Of a stretch of DNA of 64,000 nucleotides, positions 40,238 through 56,058 are shown piece after piece. Each line of letters opens with the position of its first letter. The stretch's first letter is position 1. Under the pieces are notes generated by a model. That model searched no databases. It had not been told where the DNA came from and saw only the letters and a program-made list of their open reading frames with translations. Position numbers and translations under genes: made by a program. The stretch is from the human T2T-CHM13v2.0 reference genome, Homo sapiens: the NCBI RefSeq assembly GCF_009914755.1, contig NC_060938.1. The stretch is one strand, 5' to 3'.

Positions 40238-40547
40238 GGCCGGGTGTGGTGGCTGACGCCTGTAATCCCAGCACTTTGGGAGGCTGAGGGGGGTAGATCG
40301 ATTGAGCTCAGGAGTTTGAGACAAGCCTGGGCAACATGATGAAACCCCATCTCTACAAGAGATACCAAAATTAGCTGGGCATGCTACTTGGGGGGGCTGA
40401 GATGTGAGGATCACTTGAGCCTGGAAGGCTGAGGCTGCAGTGAGCTGTAATCACACCACTGCCCTCCAGCCTGGGTGATAAAGTAAGACCCTGCCTAAAA
40501 AAATAAATAAATAAATAAAAATTAAAAAAAAATAAGAAAAGAAAAAA
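40238..40547 (+). mobile_element. Alu (AluJ-like)
   Basis: Full dimer with (AAAT)n tail. Confidence 0.93.
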
Positions 40548-41210
40548 CGCCAGGAAACCCAAGAAAGAATAATGTCAGTATCTTCCCTCAGGCCCCTGAG
40601 TAATGATGGCTCTGGGTAATGGGCCATCTGTAACCCAGCTTCCTCCACTCACACTTGCTCCTCCTGGGAAGGTCCCAACTCAAGACAATCTGCTTTTGCA
40701 CCTGGCCAAGTCACAACAATCCAAAAGGACAAACATGTCTGAGAAATATCCAGCTCACACCAACACAAGTTTGAAATCACTCCAGATTGAGGGAAGCTGC
40801 AGAGGATTTAACTCTACTTGGATAAAAGCCTCCTGGCTAGTGACTCAGACCAGACTGAGAACCCAAATCCAAGTGCAGCCTCTCCAGGGAGCCGGTTTTT
40901 TTAACAAACTATGGCTGGAGAAAAACTCCCACACCCCCTTATTGTTAGTTTGATGGAGTAAAAGAGCATGTGCTTTAACAATGCATAGCACCCACAAAAT
41001 ACAGCCTCTGTTCTTTGGTCACTGAGACACATGTACCCTATGGAATGCCTTTAAATATGCACACATACACATATATTTCAATATTTATTCTTCAAGTTAC
41101 TTTCATGATTAGCCTAGCCTGATTTATGCATGGGTCTTTAGGAAAATGACCATTCATTCTCTACTACTCCACAATCTGAAAGTTTAGAAGACAACTACAT
41201 GGTAAGTGGC

Positions 41211-41708
41211 TGTGGTAGGCAGCCTCTAAGATGGCCCCCAACAGTCCCTACCTAGTGGTATTCATGGTCTTGTGTAATCCCCACCCTTTCAGTAACTTGC
41301 TTTTAATTAATAAAGCAACATTGAAGGGATGTCATTTTTGTGATTATGACTTCCATCTTGCTAGCAGACTTTCTCTGGCATTAATAAAGTAAGCTGTAGT
41401 GTTAGAGAGGCCCAAGTGGCAAGAAACTGAAGGCAGCCAACAACCAGCAAGGAACCAAGGCTTTCAATCCAATGGTCCTCAAAGAACCGAATCCTGCCCA
41501 TAACCACGAGTGGATCTTTCCCCAGTTAAGCCTTCAGATGAGACCACTGACCCACCAGACACTTTGACTGTGGCCTTGTGAGAGATCCTAAAGCACAGGA
41601 CCCAGCTGAGCCATTCCCAGGTCCCTGGACCACTGATATTAAATGTCTATTGCTTGAAGCTGCTACATTTTAGGGTAATTTATTATACAGCAATAGATAA
41701 CCAATACA
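41211..41708 (+). mobile_element. MaLR LTR (MLT1E/F-like)
   Basis: tgtggtaggcagcctctaagatggcccc...cagcaatagataaccaataca. Confidence 0.85.
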
Positions 41709-42522
41709 CTGGGGGAAGCACCTGATGGGTTTGGCATATTTTTAGTTTGTAGGCTTTGGAAAGAATCCTAAAAGCAGAGAACCAGAAATAAAATAGGGAC
41801 AATTGAAAATGACAAAAATAGGGCAAATTAAAAAATGACAATACTTAAATTCCCAATATGGAAAAGTAGTCAATTTCAGAGCCCTAACATGACCCCAGAA
41901 GGTAATCAAAGTCTTGCAGGACAAGTAGAAGAAAAAAGGAGGGAGAGAATCATTGTAGAAGTGATCAAAGCATGCAGCACCTAATCTAAATTAATATTCC
42001 GATTAACACTCATCATATCTAGGCTGAAATTAATTTCAACTTCTTTGCTTTAAACCAGAGAGCTAAGGAACTAAATATCTTAAAAGCACCATCTCTGCTG
42101 ATCTGAGCAGCCAGATGTTTAAATAAATTCTACAGACAAGATTTTTCTCAGTGGATTCACATTTCTTAGAGCTGGTACTAGGGTTAAACCAAACAAACGA
42201 TGTGTTCCACACGAAGGAAAAGCATCATTCCCACTGTCAGGCTTTGGCACCTCACCCTGAACTCCATACCTGTAGAGGGTATCTGTAAAGAGTGTATCTA
42301 TTATAGATATACTCAATGTTTTCTCACCAGTATATCTATGACAGATGGAGCTCCTGGCTGGTTAAGTGGGACAAACATCTGTGAATTACAAATCTACCTC
42401 ATTCTAATTGGGAAATACTCTTTATCTAGAGCTAGGGGTGTTTATTCAAGAGGTCCATAGTCTTCTTACATTACTGGGCCTAATACCAAGACACACAGGA
42501 ATCCCAACTGAGGGTTACCATC

Positions 42523-42922
42523 TGTATTAGTCAATTTCCTGTTGTTTATAATAGAATATCTGAAACTGAGTCATTTCTAAAGGAAAGGAATTTATTTCTT
42601 ATAGTTCTAAAGGCTGAGAAGTCTAAGGTCAAGGGTTGAAATCTGGTGATGGCCTTCCTGCTGGTTGGGACTCTCAGTAGAGGCCTGAGGTGGTGCAGGA
42701 CATCACATGGTGAGGGGGCTGAGTGTGCTAACATGTTATTTTAGGCAGGCCTCCCTTCTTATCAAGCCTCTAGTTCCATTCCCAAGATAACCCATTAATC
42801 CATTGATAGGGGCAGAGCTCTCATGATCCAATCACCTTTTAAAGGCCCTACCTCTCAATACTGCCACAGTGGAATGTAAGTTTCAACAGAGTTTTGAAGA
42901 AGACGAATATTCAAGCCATAGC
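42523..42922 (-). mobile_element. MaLR LTR (MSTD/MLT1A-like)
   Basis: tgtattagtc...ggctgagaagtctaaggtcaagg...tcatgatccaatcacct...attcaagccatagc. Confidence 0.85.
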
Positions 42923-44242
42923 TTCAACTTTCAATACCACCACCAAAAATATCTATTTAGTGAAAGAAAAAAATAAAAGGGCTGAACTGAGCCACGGCTT
43001 TGGGTTAGTTCAGCATAAATTGTTCGAGAAAACCATGCAGCAGAGCTTCTGTACAGCACAAGTGGAAAGAGTAAGAATGAGGCTCAGAAACCACCATGTG
43101 CACTTGCCCCATCCAGAGAGAAGTGGAGGGCTGAGCTGCTGTCACAGTGACCTTTGTTCTGTCAGTAACACATGGCCTCAGCCTGCTGTCCACTCAGCCC
43201 ATCCTGCTGAAACCAAAGGGGAAAAAGGAATGGGAGAAGGATGAGAATCAAACATCTGGTGAGGAGGAGGGAGGCCCGTGCTATTCGGATCTGGTATAAA
43301 GCTCCCAGGAATTGCAAAGCTGTTCTTAGCACATCAGCTCGGTGGGCCTGGGCGGATGGAGGCAGATGCACACAGCAACACCAGGAGCAGGAGAAAGTCT
43401 GCCTTTTAAGGTTCATGTTCCCCAGCAGGCCCTTTCCCATTCTAAACACGTTTCCCACCATTCTCTCATCCCCAGTGTGTCGTTTTACCCTAACTGTGTG
43501 TGTGTGACTCACGTGAAACTGAGTTTCAATCTGATCACATACCACAGGGTATGTTTGGAAAACCTTTTGTGATTTAAGATTTATTTAATGATTTCTATTT
43601 TAAAGTACTCCTAATCCTAGTTTCATGGACATTTATACTCAGAGAGTTATGTCGAGCCTTTAAATAACAACCTCACACATTCTTTCTAAGTTAAATTCCA
43701 ATGGCTAGCCTTGCAAATGGTTTGGTGCTTTTATAAAATACTGCATTAAGTCTTAAAGATAGATTTCTGGGAGAAAAGTTTTGATATGTGTCTTTTTATA
43801 TATGTGGAGTTCTCTCTTTTGAAAGAGGAGAAAAATTAGAAATTACATATGTGTTTAGAGATTGCTTAAAATATCACTTAAAGCAGAAGAGCACAACCAT
43901 AAGTGTTGAATTAAGGTGGAGACCGCCTAACAGGAAGGTATGCAACTTTCCCTAAATTCCTCCAGCCTGCGCTGGCTCCAAGGAACCAAGGTTAGAAGCT
44001 CCCGAGTGCTACAGGAACGTCTCCGCCAAGGAAGCCATATATGCTCGCCCATCTAGTCCAGAGGAAATCACCCTTGGCTCCCCTTTCTAACTCAAAGGAC
44101 GCTTTTTTCTCACTATTTTGGCAGCCACAAGGCTGTTAGAGTCAAAGGAAGTCCTTTGTCTTTTCTGGGAGAGCTCCATCTATGTGGGGATGTGCATCCA
44201 AAGCAACTTTCCAGTCATTGAGGCTGACCTGCAGTTACTCAC

Positions 44243-44386
44243 CAGTGCACTGGTGCCCATCGCCGGCATAACCAGGCAGGCAGGCACAGCTGAACGTGCT
44301 GCCTCCATGGTGAACACACCGGGCCTGCCCAGCAGGAGCACAGGTATGACTGCCATCCTCACAGGGGTTGGCAGGTGGGGTGATCA
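44243..44386 (-). CDS. NID2: NID2 exon 12 (EGF)
   Basis: (L)[47 protein letters not shown]; tttcag| ... |gtgagt. Confidence 0.96.
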
Positions 44387-44673
44387 CTGAAAAGAGAAGA
44401 AGATAAGGGCATCCAGAGTTTAGGCCTGCAAAGGATGAGCCTCACTCCTCATGGCATGATCCACAGACCAACAGCAACAGACCAGGGAATGCAGGTTCTC
44501 AGACCCTACCCAAGGTCCAGTGATTCAGAATCTGGATTTTAATAAGATTCCTAGATGGTTTGTATGCTATTAAAGTTCAAGTACTGGTATGAATTTGCTG
44601 TTAAAATACTAAGCACAAAAACCCATCACCTAAGCAGTCCTCAATTAAAGTTTATAACACTCCAGAGCAATTG

Positions 44674-44675
<2 letters not shown>

Positions 44676-44711
<36 letters not shown>
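44676..44711. repeat. (AC)18 microsatellite
   Basis: Perfect AC run of 36 nt. Confidence 0.97.
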
Positions 44712-44714
<3 letters not shown>

Positions 44715-44753
44715 GTTTCTCCTATCACTTTTACCCTCATCCCACTGAATTAA

Positions 44754-44931
<178 letters not shown>

Positions 44932-45309
44932 TAAAGAGTGCATTTTCTTTACTCTCATCCATCTTTATCAATGGGATGAATTGGGATAGTTCTTTTGATC
45001 CATTTTTAGGTCTGTAGTATTTTCTGGAAATATAGAAGAGGTAATTTGTTACAGAAGGAGCTCTTTAGCCAGTCAAGTAGGACATGCATCAGTGAATTAT
45101 AAATCCATCTCTTCCAATTTGAAAAATACTTTAGGCTCTATCTAAAGAGCTGGAGGTGTTTACTAGTGAAGTTCATCATCTTGTTACATGACTGGGCCAG
45201 AAATCCCAACTGAGGTGGGCATCCTTCAATAACTCAACACCAAAAATATCTATTTAGGGAAAAACAGTGAAAATAAACAGGGCTGAAACTGAGCCATAGC
45301 TTTGAGAGA

Positions 45310-45619
45310 TTTTGTTGTTTTTTTTGTTTTTTTTTTTTGAGACAGAGTCTCACTCTATTACCTAGGCTGGAATGCACTAGCATGCTGTCAGTTCACTGCA
45401 ACCTCTGCCTCCTGCGCTCAAGCAATCCTCCTATCTCAGCCTCCTGAGTAGCTGGGACTACAGGCGTGTGCCACCACACCTGGCTAATGTTTTGTATTGT
45501 TTGTAGAGACGGGGTTTTGCTATGTTGCCCAGGCTGGTCTCGAACTTCTGAACTCAAGCGATCCACCTGCCTCAGCCTTCCAAAGCGATGATTACAGGCG
45601 TGAGCCACCACATCCAGCC
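45310..45619 (-). mobile_element. Alu (AluJ-like)
   Basis: Reverse dimer, TSD agctttg. Confidence 0.93.
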
Positions 45620-45767
45620 AGCTTTGGGTTATTTTGATGTAAACTGTCTTCTTAAGAAAACCATATAGCAGAGCCTCTGAATAGCAGAAGTCAAAACACT
45701 GATAGATTAAAGAGCAAGATTAAAGAGCACCATTTTGGCCACACAGGAAAATGATTTTGGAACTCAC

Positions 45768-45896
45768 AGATGCAAGTATGCCGGTCATCTGCAAACTCAT
45801 AACCACTCCGGCACTCACACCTGTAGCTTCCAGGCAAGTTGATACATACAGAGTTGGGGCCACAGCGATGAAAGCCAGTTGCACATTCATTTTCAT
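45768..45896 (-). CDS. NID2: NID2 exon 11 (calcium-binding EGF)
   Basis: (D)[42 protein letters not shown]; tcttag| ... |gtgagt. Confidence 0.96.
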
Positions 45897-46592
45897 CTAA
45901 GAAGAAATGAGAAGAGAAAAATTCTGCTTAATTCAAGGGTCCCAGAAGTGGAGGGTCTAAAAACTCAATGTTTTCTCACTAGTATGATGCTTCAATGGGA
46001 CAAATGGTTGGCAGATGTAGAATTTTTAAAAATCAGATATGAATGCATGTTGCAGATAATCAGAAATAGTAAAAATTTCATGCCATTCAAGTAAACACCA
46101 CAGGAAGATAAATTTTTAAGTGAATATTCTAAGAATTCTTTAACTGTTTTAAAAAGAATGGATACTTGGAAGAAAACCAACAATTTTTTTTAATATCAAG
46201 AAATTTCTACCGTTGCCTTTTGGGGATATAAGACACACAATGTCTGTCTAAAATTTAAAGAAAATCAGAAAATGTGCTTTTTGGTAAGTCTAAGAACTAC
46301 TTACTACAAAAGCTCAAAATTACAAAACTTAACTCAAAACATCCAGGAACTGCAACAGATGTTTTCTTTTCACAGCCCCGGTGCAAAATCCACTCCACTC
46401 CAAACCATCTTTTCAAACCTAAACAGCTATGCTTTAATTTTTAAATAACTATATTCAGATTAACAGCTGCTAAAATCATTGACAATGGAGGTTGTAAAGG
46501 TGACAGATACTTGTCTTCTACAGACATAAGGCTGGGGAGGGCAGAGGAAAAACAAGGGCTACAAGAAGGAGACACGAGAACATGGCTCTTAC

Positions 46593-46736
46593 CCACACAG
46601 TTCCGTCCATCTCCCTGGTACCCAGATGCGCACTCACAGGTGTAATCTACACCTGTCCCTGGATGGCACCGTGCTGTTGTGTCACACATGTGGCTCCCAT
46701 CATAGCAAGGATTCACCGGAGTGGGGTCTGAATCTT
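46593..46736 (-). CDS. NID2: NID2 exon 10 (EGF)
   Basis: (E)[47 protein letters not shown]; atgcag| ... |gtaaga. Confidence 0.96.
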
Positions 46737-47397
46737 CTGCATGAGTAGAGGGGAAATAAAAGCACAATCTGGCTATTGGTAAGCAAATGTCACGGAGATA
46801 GAGGAGTCCTCGGAACTGACTGCATGTCTGTGTTTTGTGACACACCGGAAGACCTTACTAAATTATCCATATCTGAAGCTAGGGTGGATTTTCTGCACTT
46901 CAGTTTTAAACTCCAGCATGGCTTCCTATTGCCTACCCTATAGACAACTAGTACCTTTACTTGCTTTCAGTAGGTTTGCATCCAGGGAATAAAAACGCCC
47001 AAAACATCTGTTTAAAAGTGCTTTTGCTCTATTATTTCCTGTGATTCTTGGGATGATTCTATGTGGTGAGTTGTTGTCCCCATTATGTGTAATTTTCACA
47101 GATAAGGAAATCGAGTGAGACATGGGAAAAATTGCCCAAGCTCACAAAGTCAGGAAGTGGCACAGCAAAGACTCAGACTCCAACTTCCTGGTTCTAAATC
47201 TGTTGATCTCTTACTAAAATTCCCAATTTTTATAGGTAAATCCAATTAATTTTAAAAATCTTGCTTTTTAAAGATTTCTAAGACTAAACAGGAATGACTT
47301 TCCCAGTATTTACTCTTCAGGAGTAGCCTTACCAAGGATCCATCTACTCACTAGGTAGCGATTACTTAACAACTGAAATCTTCCCTAGAGAAATCTA

Positions 47398-47900
<503 letters not shown>

Positions 47901-48803
47901 ATATATATATTTATTTCTACATAATAGTCAATGCTCATTGAGCATTTATGTGTGAGGCATTGTTCTAAACAGATAGGAGGATGCCTGATTACATCCTTCT
48001 AACTACATGGTGAGGAAAATACTATCTCCACTTCTGCTGCATCACAGAGAGGCCAAATAACCTGCCCAGGGTTACACAGTCAGAAGAGGTGGATGGAGCT
48101 GGAATAAAAGTCTAGCAGTCTGGTTCCATAGCTCATGCTTTCCACCGCTTTGCTGCAACCCTCACTGAAGGAACTTCATGAAGTTATCTAGTCTAAGCCA
48201 ATGGCACAGAGGTATTGGAAGGAGTGTCAGATGCTCAGGTAGAATGAATCTATCAACTCTGGCACTTCTGTGTACTTCTGAGTCTGCCATGTAAAATGGA
48301 AATAGGAACATGTACATCTGCCAATCCTGCTAAAGAAAATTAAGAAAACCCAACAGAACATATTTGAAAGGCAATTCCCCATTGGCAGGTCTACCCAGTC
48401 TCTACTGACTGCACTCCTTCTGCCTTCTCAGTGGGGCCACTGTTCATCATTATTTGAGGTTCTAGCTCAACCTCAGTCCCTAGAATTAACTCTAATCTTA
48501 GACTCAAAAGATTTCCAGAGCCCCAGCTAAGCCTGTCAGGTTCTACATTGAGCCATCTCTGCTACAAAGGGAGATCCATCTAAGTTGTAATAACTCAGGC
48601 TTCTGCCTCATACTTCTGTGCCTGAGGCCCTGTCTTGATAGCCAGCTTAGCATCCTCTGAGTCCCATCCTGCTCACCAGTTCTCACTACTCACAGACACC
48701 AGCATCATGGCATCTGTAGGCAGACACTGGCAGTACCACCCATTTTACCACCTCCTCCTGGATTCTCTATCATTTCACTCTTTCTGACCCGTGTCTCCCA
48801 CCC

Positions 48804-49662
48804 CACTTTGTACAGAATCTTCTATTAAAATGGAGAAATAACAACAGGAGAGAATCAGGTTCTTGTCTTATACTGAGCCTTCAATGAGGACATGACCCTG
48901 TTGTTCTCCATTGTAACAGATGCTGACTCAGGAACCTGGTCTATACTCTCAAGTTAACTTGGCAACCACAACCCCACTGCTATGGGGGGAGACTTGCCCA
49001 GAGTGACTCCTAATCTAGATCCCAAGTGCTGACTGCTGCAGCTGACCTCATAGACTGGACTCGCTCCCAAGTCCTTCAGGGTGTCTGGCATTCTCCCCCG
49101 TGCCTGCCCTACTGCCCACGTTATGGCTCTTCCAGTGCCCTGTCATAGCCTGCTGTGAGCTGGGATGCCTTGGCTGAGACAGCCTTGTTTTCTGGTAAAC
49201 TCTTTCCATCCCACTTTATAAGAAACACCACAGTGCATTCTTGTAGTGGAATATTCCCGTATTATTGATTCCCGTATTATTGGCTGAAAATAAGGAGGGC
49301 TATGGGTTTATCCTCAGTTCACCACAATGTTGTTGGCTGGAGTAACAGAATCTTTGCCAAAACAAAAGACCAATAAATAATTCCAGCACTTTTTAAACCT
49401 GATGAACTATGTCAGCATAAGCCTAGCTCCCTGAAGCATGCAGACATCCTTGGACGTCCGTTCCTCTGGATCTCTTGGCTGACAGGAAAGAGGCACCGCA
49501 CTGGGGTTGTGGTTGCCGAGTTAACTTGAGCCTAGACCAGGTTCCTGAGTCAGTCCTCAATAGGTTATAACTAAGGACAAGGTCATGTCCTCATCCATTA
49601 GGACCCAATGTAAGACAAGAACGTGATCATTTCTCCATTTTAGGAAGATTCTGTACAAAATG
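48804..49662. repeat. Non-Alu inverted repeat: arms 48804-48980 and 49498-49662
   Basis: Reverse-complement blocks of 16, 14, 12, 14, 21 and 28/29 nt in collinear order. Confidence 0.9.
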
Positions 49663-49971
49663 CCTGGCATACCCCACCAAAGCAGGAAGTAATTGTCAAC
49701 ATGTTTTGATTTATAAATACTAATGCTTAGCCTTCTTATTCAGTACTTTCCAGCATCAAAATTTCACCATGGCACATTCCAGCAAAGATTAGTGTGTTCA
49801 CATGGACATCAAGAGCTTACCACCCTGCTAGGCATTAAAAGAAAAAAAAAAAAAAAAAATCTCAGCTCAAAAGTTGACTTGCAAACTTGGACAGGATATA
49901 TTATCCTACCTAAAATTGAGAAGAAAGTGTCCCTAATTACTCAATACTGATTTAAAATGTATGTCACTGAC

Positions 49972-50090
49972 AGGATTAGTTCCATAATTTGCAATCCCCA
50001 GTGCAAAATGAAAATGTGGAGCCCATGGTTCAAAGCAAAGCGTTAAACCAAGCATGGGGCTCTTCTGAGCACAGGGCCCCATTCACTGAA
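49972..50090. mobile_element. MER91-like hAT fragment
   Basis: cccagtgcaaaatgaaaatgtggagccc...ttctgagcacagggccc. Confidence 0.6.
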
Positions 50091-50899
50091 CTTGGCTTCC
50101 CAAAACATTTTTAAAATACATTTCTAAAACCATTTCACGACTCATTCTCTATGACTTGTAAGCTTTTCTCCTATTATAGTAAGTAAAGAACACAGTATCC
50201 TTCTTAAGACATTTTCTATTTCGCCCTCACCCTCTTAAACTGCCTGACTCTCTTAACAGAGGATCTGGAACTAATTTACTCATTTAATCAAGGGGAAGAG
50301 CGGTTTTCCTTAAAGGAACAGTCCCTTCAGCTTCACTGCACAGCCCTCTGCCCAGAGCCTCCTCAACTCGCCAAAAGGACCCGTGAAGTGGAAGGACAGG
50401 AAGCATTTTTGGATCGTGTTTTATGACCCCACAAAACAACCAACCAACCAACAACAACAAAAAACAGCTGACTCACACTTAAAGCTTAAAGCTCAAACAA
50501 CTGGTGGGGGGTGGCACTGCTGGTTGAGAAGTCACCGAGGGACAGAGGCTCCAATTACTCACTGGAAAAGACACCCCAGTTCTGCATCCTCGCCCTGGGA
50601 AGTCGCACCACACCCACATCAGGTGTGGACAGCTGCGCTGTTTCACATGAATTCCAACAAGATGATAGTTCCCTCTGGAAAAACTGAGCAGTTCTTAGGA
50701 AGATACTGCTGTGTACCAAGAGGGGAAAGAAAAAACTTTTGGGTGTTTCTTTTTTGTTTTTCTTTTTTTCCCTCCTATTCAGGTAGAATGAACAGTACTG
50801 CTGTGTGTGGATGAAGTAGGGTTCAAACACAAAGGGTTTAAAAGACACACATTGCCTCTTTCAAAGTTTGGTCTAAATTATGAGGCAGTCATGAGGCCA

Positions 50900-51170
50900 C
50901 TGTGGAACAGCAGAGCCATGAGGGGTAAGGGTGTGCGTACTGGAGCCAGTGCCTGAGTTTGAGTCCCAGCTCACCCAGGTCACTTACTATGACCAGGCAA
51001 ATTACTTCATTTCTATACCTCAGTCTCATCGTCTGTAAAATGGGATAACAAATAACCCCACCCCCACCCCACCATTGGGTAGAGGTCATTGTGGGGATTA
51101 AATGAGTTAATTCGTGTAAGGTGCTTAGAACAGTACTTGGCACCAAGTAAACCATGCTTTGATATTATTA
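50900..51170 (+). mobile_element. MIR
   Basis: cctcagtctcatcgtctgtaaaatgggataa...gattaaatgagttaat. Confidence 0.75.
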
Positions 51171-51999
51171 TTTGACTGGGGTGGGAGGGAAAATCATAAA
51201 ATTCTAAAGAAAACAAGCAACTTGGTACCTGCCAGTTTGCTTTCTCTGATCCTTTCTTACTCTCATTTGGTATGTCTCTGGGAAAAATATACCCAGAGAC
51301 ACATCTTTTTCCTAAATGGTTCCAGAATCTGAATGGGACTCCATAGCCTGGGAAATTATTTCACTAACAGTTGCTTTTACAGATCAGATGCCTACACCCA
51401 ACACAGGGCTGACCTGGACATTTAAAGGTAAAGACCATTCTCCCCAGTAGGTTTAAATCTCTCTTTGAGAAATCTACTACAGCAATCTTTCCCTTTCTAA
51501 TTTACATGTTCCTCTAAAATCAACTCACATTTTCATGTGTTCACTTGCTACCTTACAATCCAATCTCTGGGCACCTAATGCCTACATTCCCAACCAAGTT
51601 TCTTAAAACCAAAGCACCTCGGGATTCTCATTACAAGTCACTTTCGCATCCTAGAAAAGAGTCTAGTCCTTGTACCTTAATCTTGTCATATTGCTGAAGC
51701 AACACTTCTTTATTGAGCCTGCTGAGGCTTAAGGAGCCCTTAGCTCCAATAACAAAGCACAGAACCGCGTATCACTTACAGATTCACCTCACTGAGGAGC
51801 TAACTCTGGGCTCAACAGTTTCAATACAGTGGCTGAATTGAGGAAGATGGTTTTTTTCTCCTGGTGTGGCTCTTACATTCTAGGGGAAAACATGACCTGG
51901 TTTTCAGAATTAAAATGTCCCCTTGATCTGACAAAGCCACTTCCCATCTGTAGAGTTCCCTGACTTCACAAGCTCATCCTCTGGCTTGCTTGAAACATT

Positions 52000-52495
52000 T
52001 TTTAATAATTAAGACCTTGCTTTTTAGGATGGTTTTACATTTAGAGAAAAATGGAGCAGAAAGTACAGAGCTCCCATATCCCCCCACCCAAAATGTGCAG
52101 TTTCCCCTATTATCAACATTGTGCATTAGTGTGGTGCATTTGTTATCCCCAATCAATACTGACACATTATTAACTAATGCCCATAGTCTGCAGTAGGGCT
52201 CACTCTTGGTGTTGGACAGTTCTATAGACTGACAAACGCATAATGGCCTATAACCAACATTACAATATCATACAGAATAGTTTCACTGCCCTAAAAATCC
52301 CATGTTCCACCTATGCATCCTTCTCCTTCTTCCTCCTGAACCACTGGCAACCACTGATCTTTTTACTGTCTCTATAGTGTAACCTTTTCCAGAATGTCAT
52401 GGTTAGAATGATTCTGTATGTAGCCTTTTCAGACTAGCTGCTTTCACAGAGCAACATGCTTTTAAGTTTCCTGCATGTCTTTCTGTGACATGATA
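52000..52495 (-). mobile_element. L1MC-like 3' end
   Basis: agcagaaagtacagagctcccata...ccactggcaaccactgatctttttactgtctc. Confidence 0.8.
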
Positions 52496-52569
52496 TGCCT
52501 AGAACATTTTAAAATCAGTCTTCACAGGTGAGGCTAATGGTCATTGAAATTTGAGAACCACTGCTTACT

Positions 52570-52685
52570 TTGAGACGGGGTCTTGTTATGTGGCCAACTC
52601 TGGCCTCAAACTCCTGGGCTCAGGTGATCCTCCCACCTCAGCCTCCAGAGTAGCTGGGATTACAGGTGTAAGCCATTGTACCCGA
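52570..52685 (-). mobile_element. FLAM/Alu monomer
   Basis: gagacggggtctt...ctcctgggctcaggtgatcctcccacctcagcc. Confidence 0.8.
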
Positions 52686-52700
52686 TGAGAATGGTTTTAG

Positions 52701-55300
<2,600 letters not shown>

Positions 55301-55827
55301 TTCTGGGAATCATGGAGGGGGAGGTTATACATCAAGTTCTATGATGTTTGGTTTTTCCAGATACTAGCTCTTTGCTCCACCTTAGTTTTGGATGAAATTC
55401 TTCTCATCTGTTTTAGCTAAAATGTCACTTTCTTGGGGACATCTTTTCTGAATCTTCAAACTAGACTCACAGTGCCCTGCTCTCATCACACTTGTAACAA
55501 ATACTTGTCAGCATCACTCTCCCTCCTAATTCCAGTCTGCCTTGTTCACAGGTATATTCCTGATTGGCACGCACAGTTGGGTATTGCTATAAACCGGCTT
55601 CACATACTATGCTCTATTTCCTGACTTTGGCAGGGACACTGTTCCCTGCCCTAAAACTCTTTTCTGCCTCTGTTTCCAACTCAAGGGCAAGGATCTGCTC
55701 TATTCATCCTTATACCTAGCACGTAACACAGCATGGCGCTAGGTAACCCTTAGTAACCTCTGTGAATCATTCTAACTCTACTTAAAAGGATGTCATTTTT
55801 ACCCAACAACAAAAAAGGAAACCTTAC

Positions 55828-56058
55828 CTTTGACCGGGCCAATTTGATTGGTCACAGCAAATCTAAGCACTCTTTCTTCGTCATTATACAAGGCAAAGAC
55901 CCGGTCCACGTTCAGCTGCTGGGTGGTGGGGAAGGACGGGTGTCTGGGGGCGTGCCTGCACACCTGGTAAGTGATGTTCTGGTGGATGCGGTAGGACCAT
56001 GTTTGGTTGATTGCACCAAAAGTCAGAGAGTAGTCTCTGGAACTTGTAGAGGTCACAG
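55828..56058 (-). CDS. NID2: NID2 exon 9 (end of G2 domain)
   Basis: (T)[33 protein letters not shown]...[14 protein letters not shown]; ttgcag| ... |gtaagg. Confidence 0.96.
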
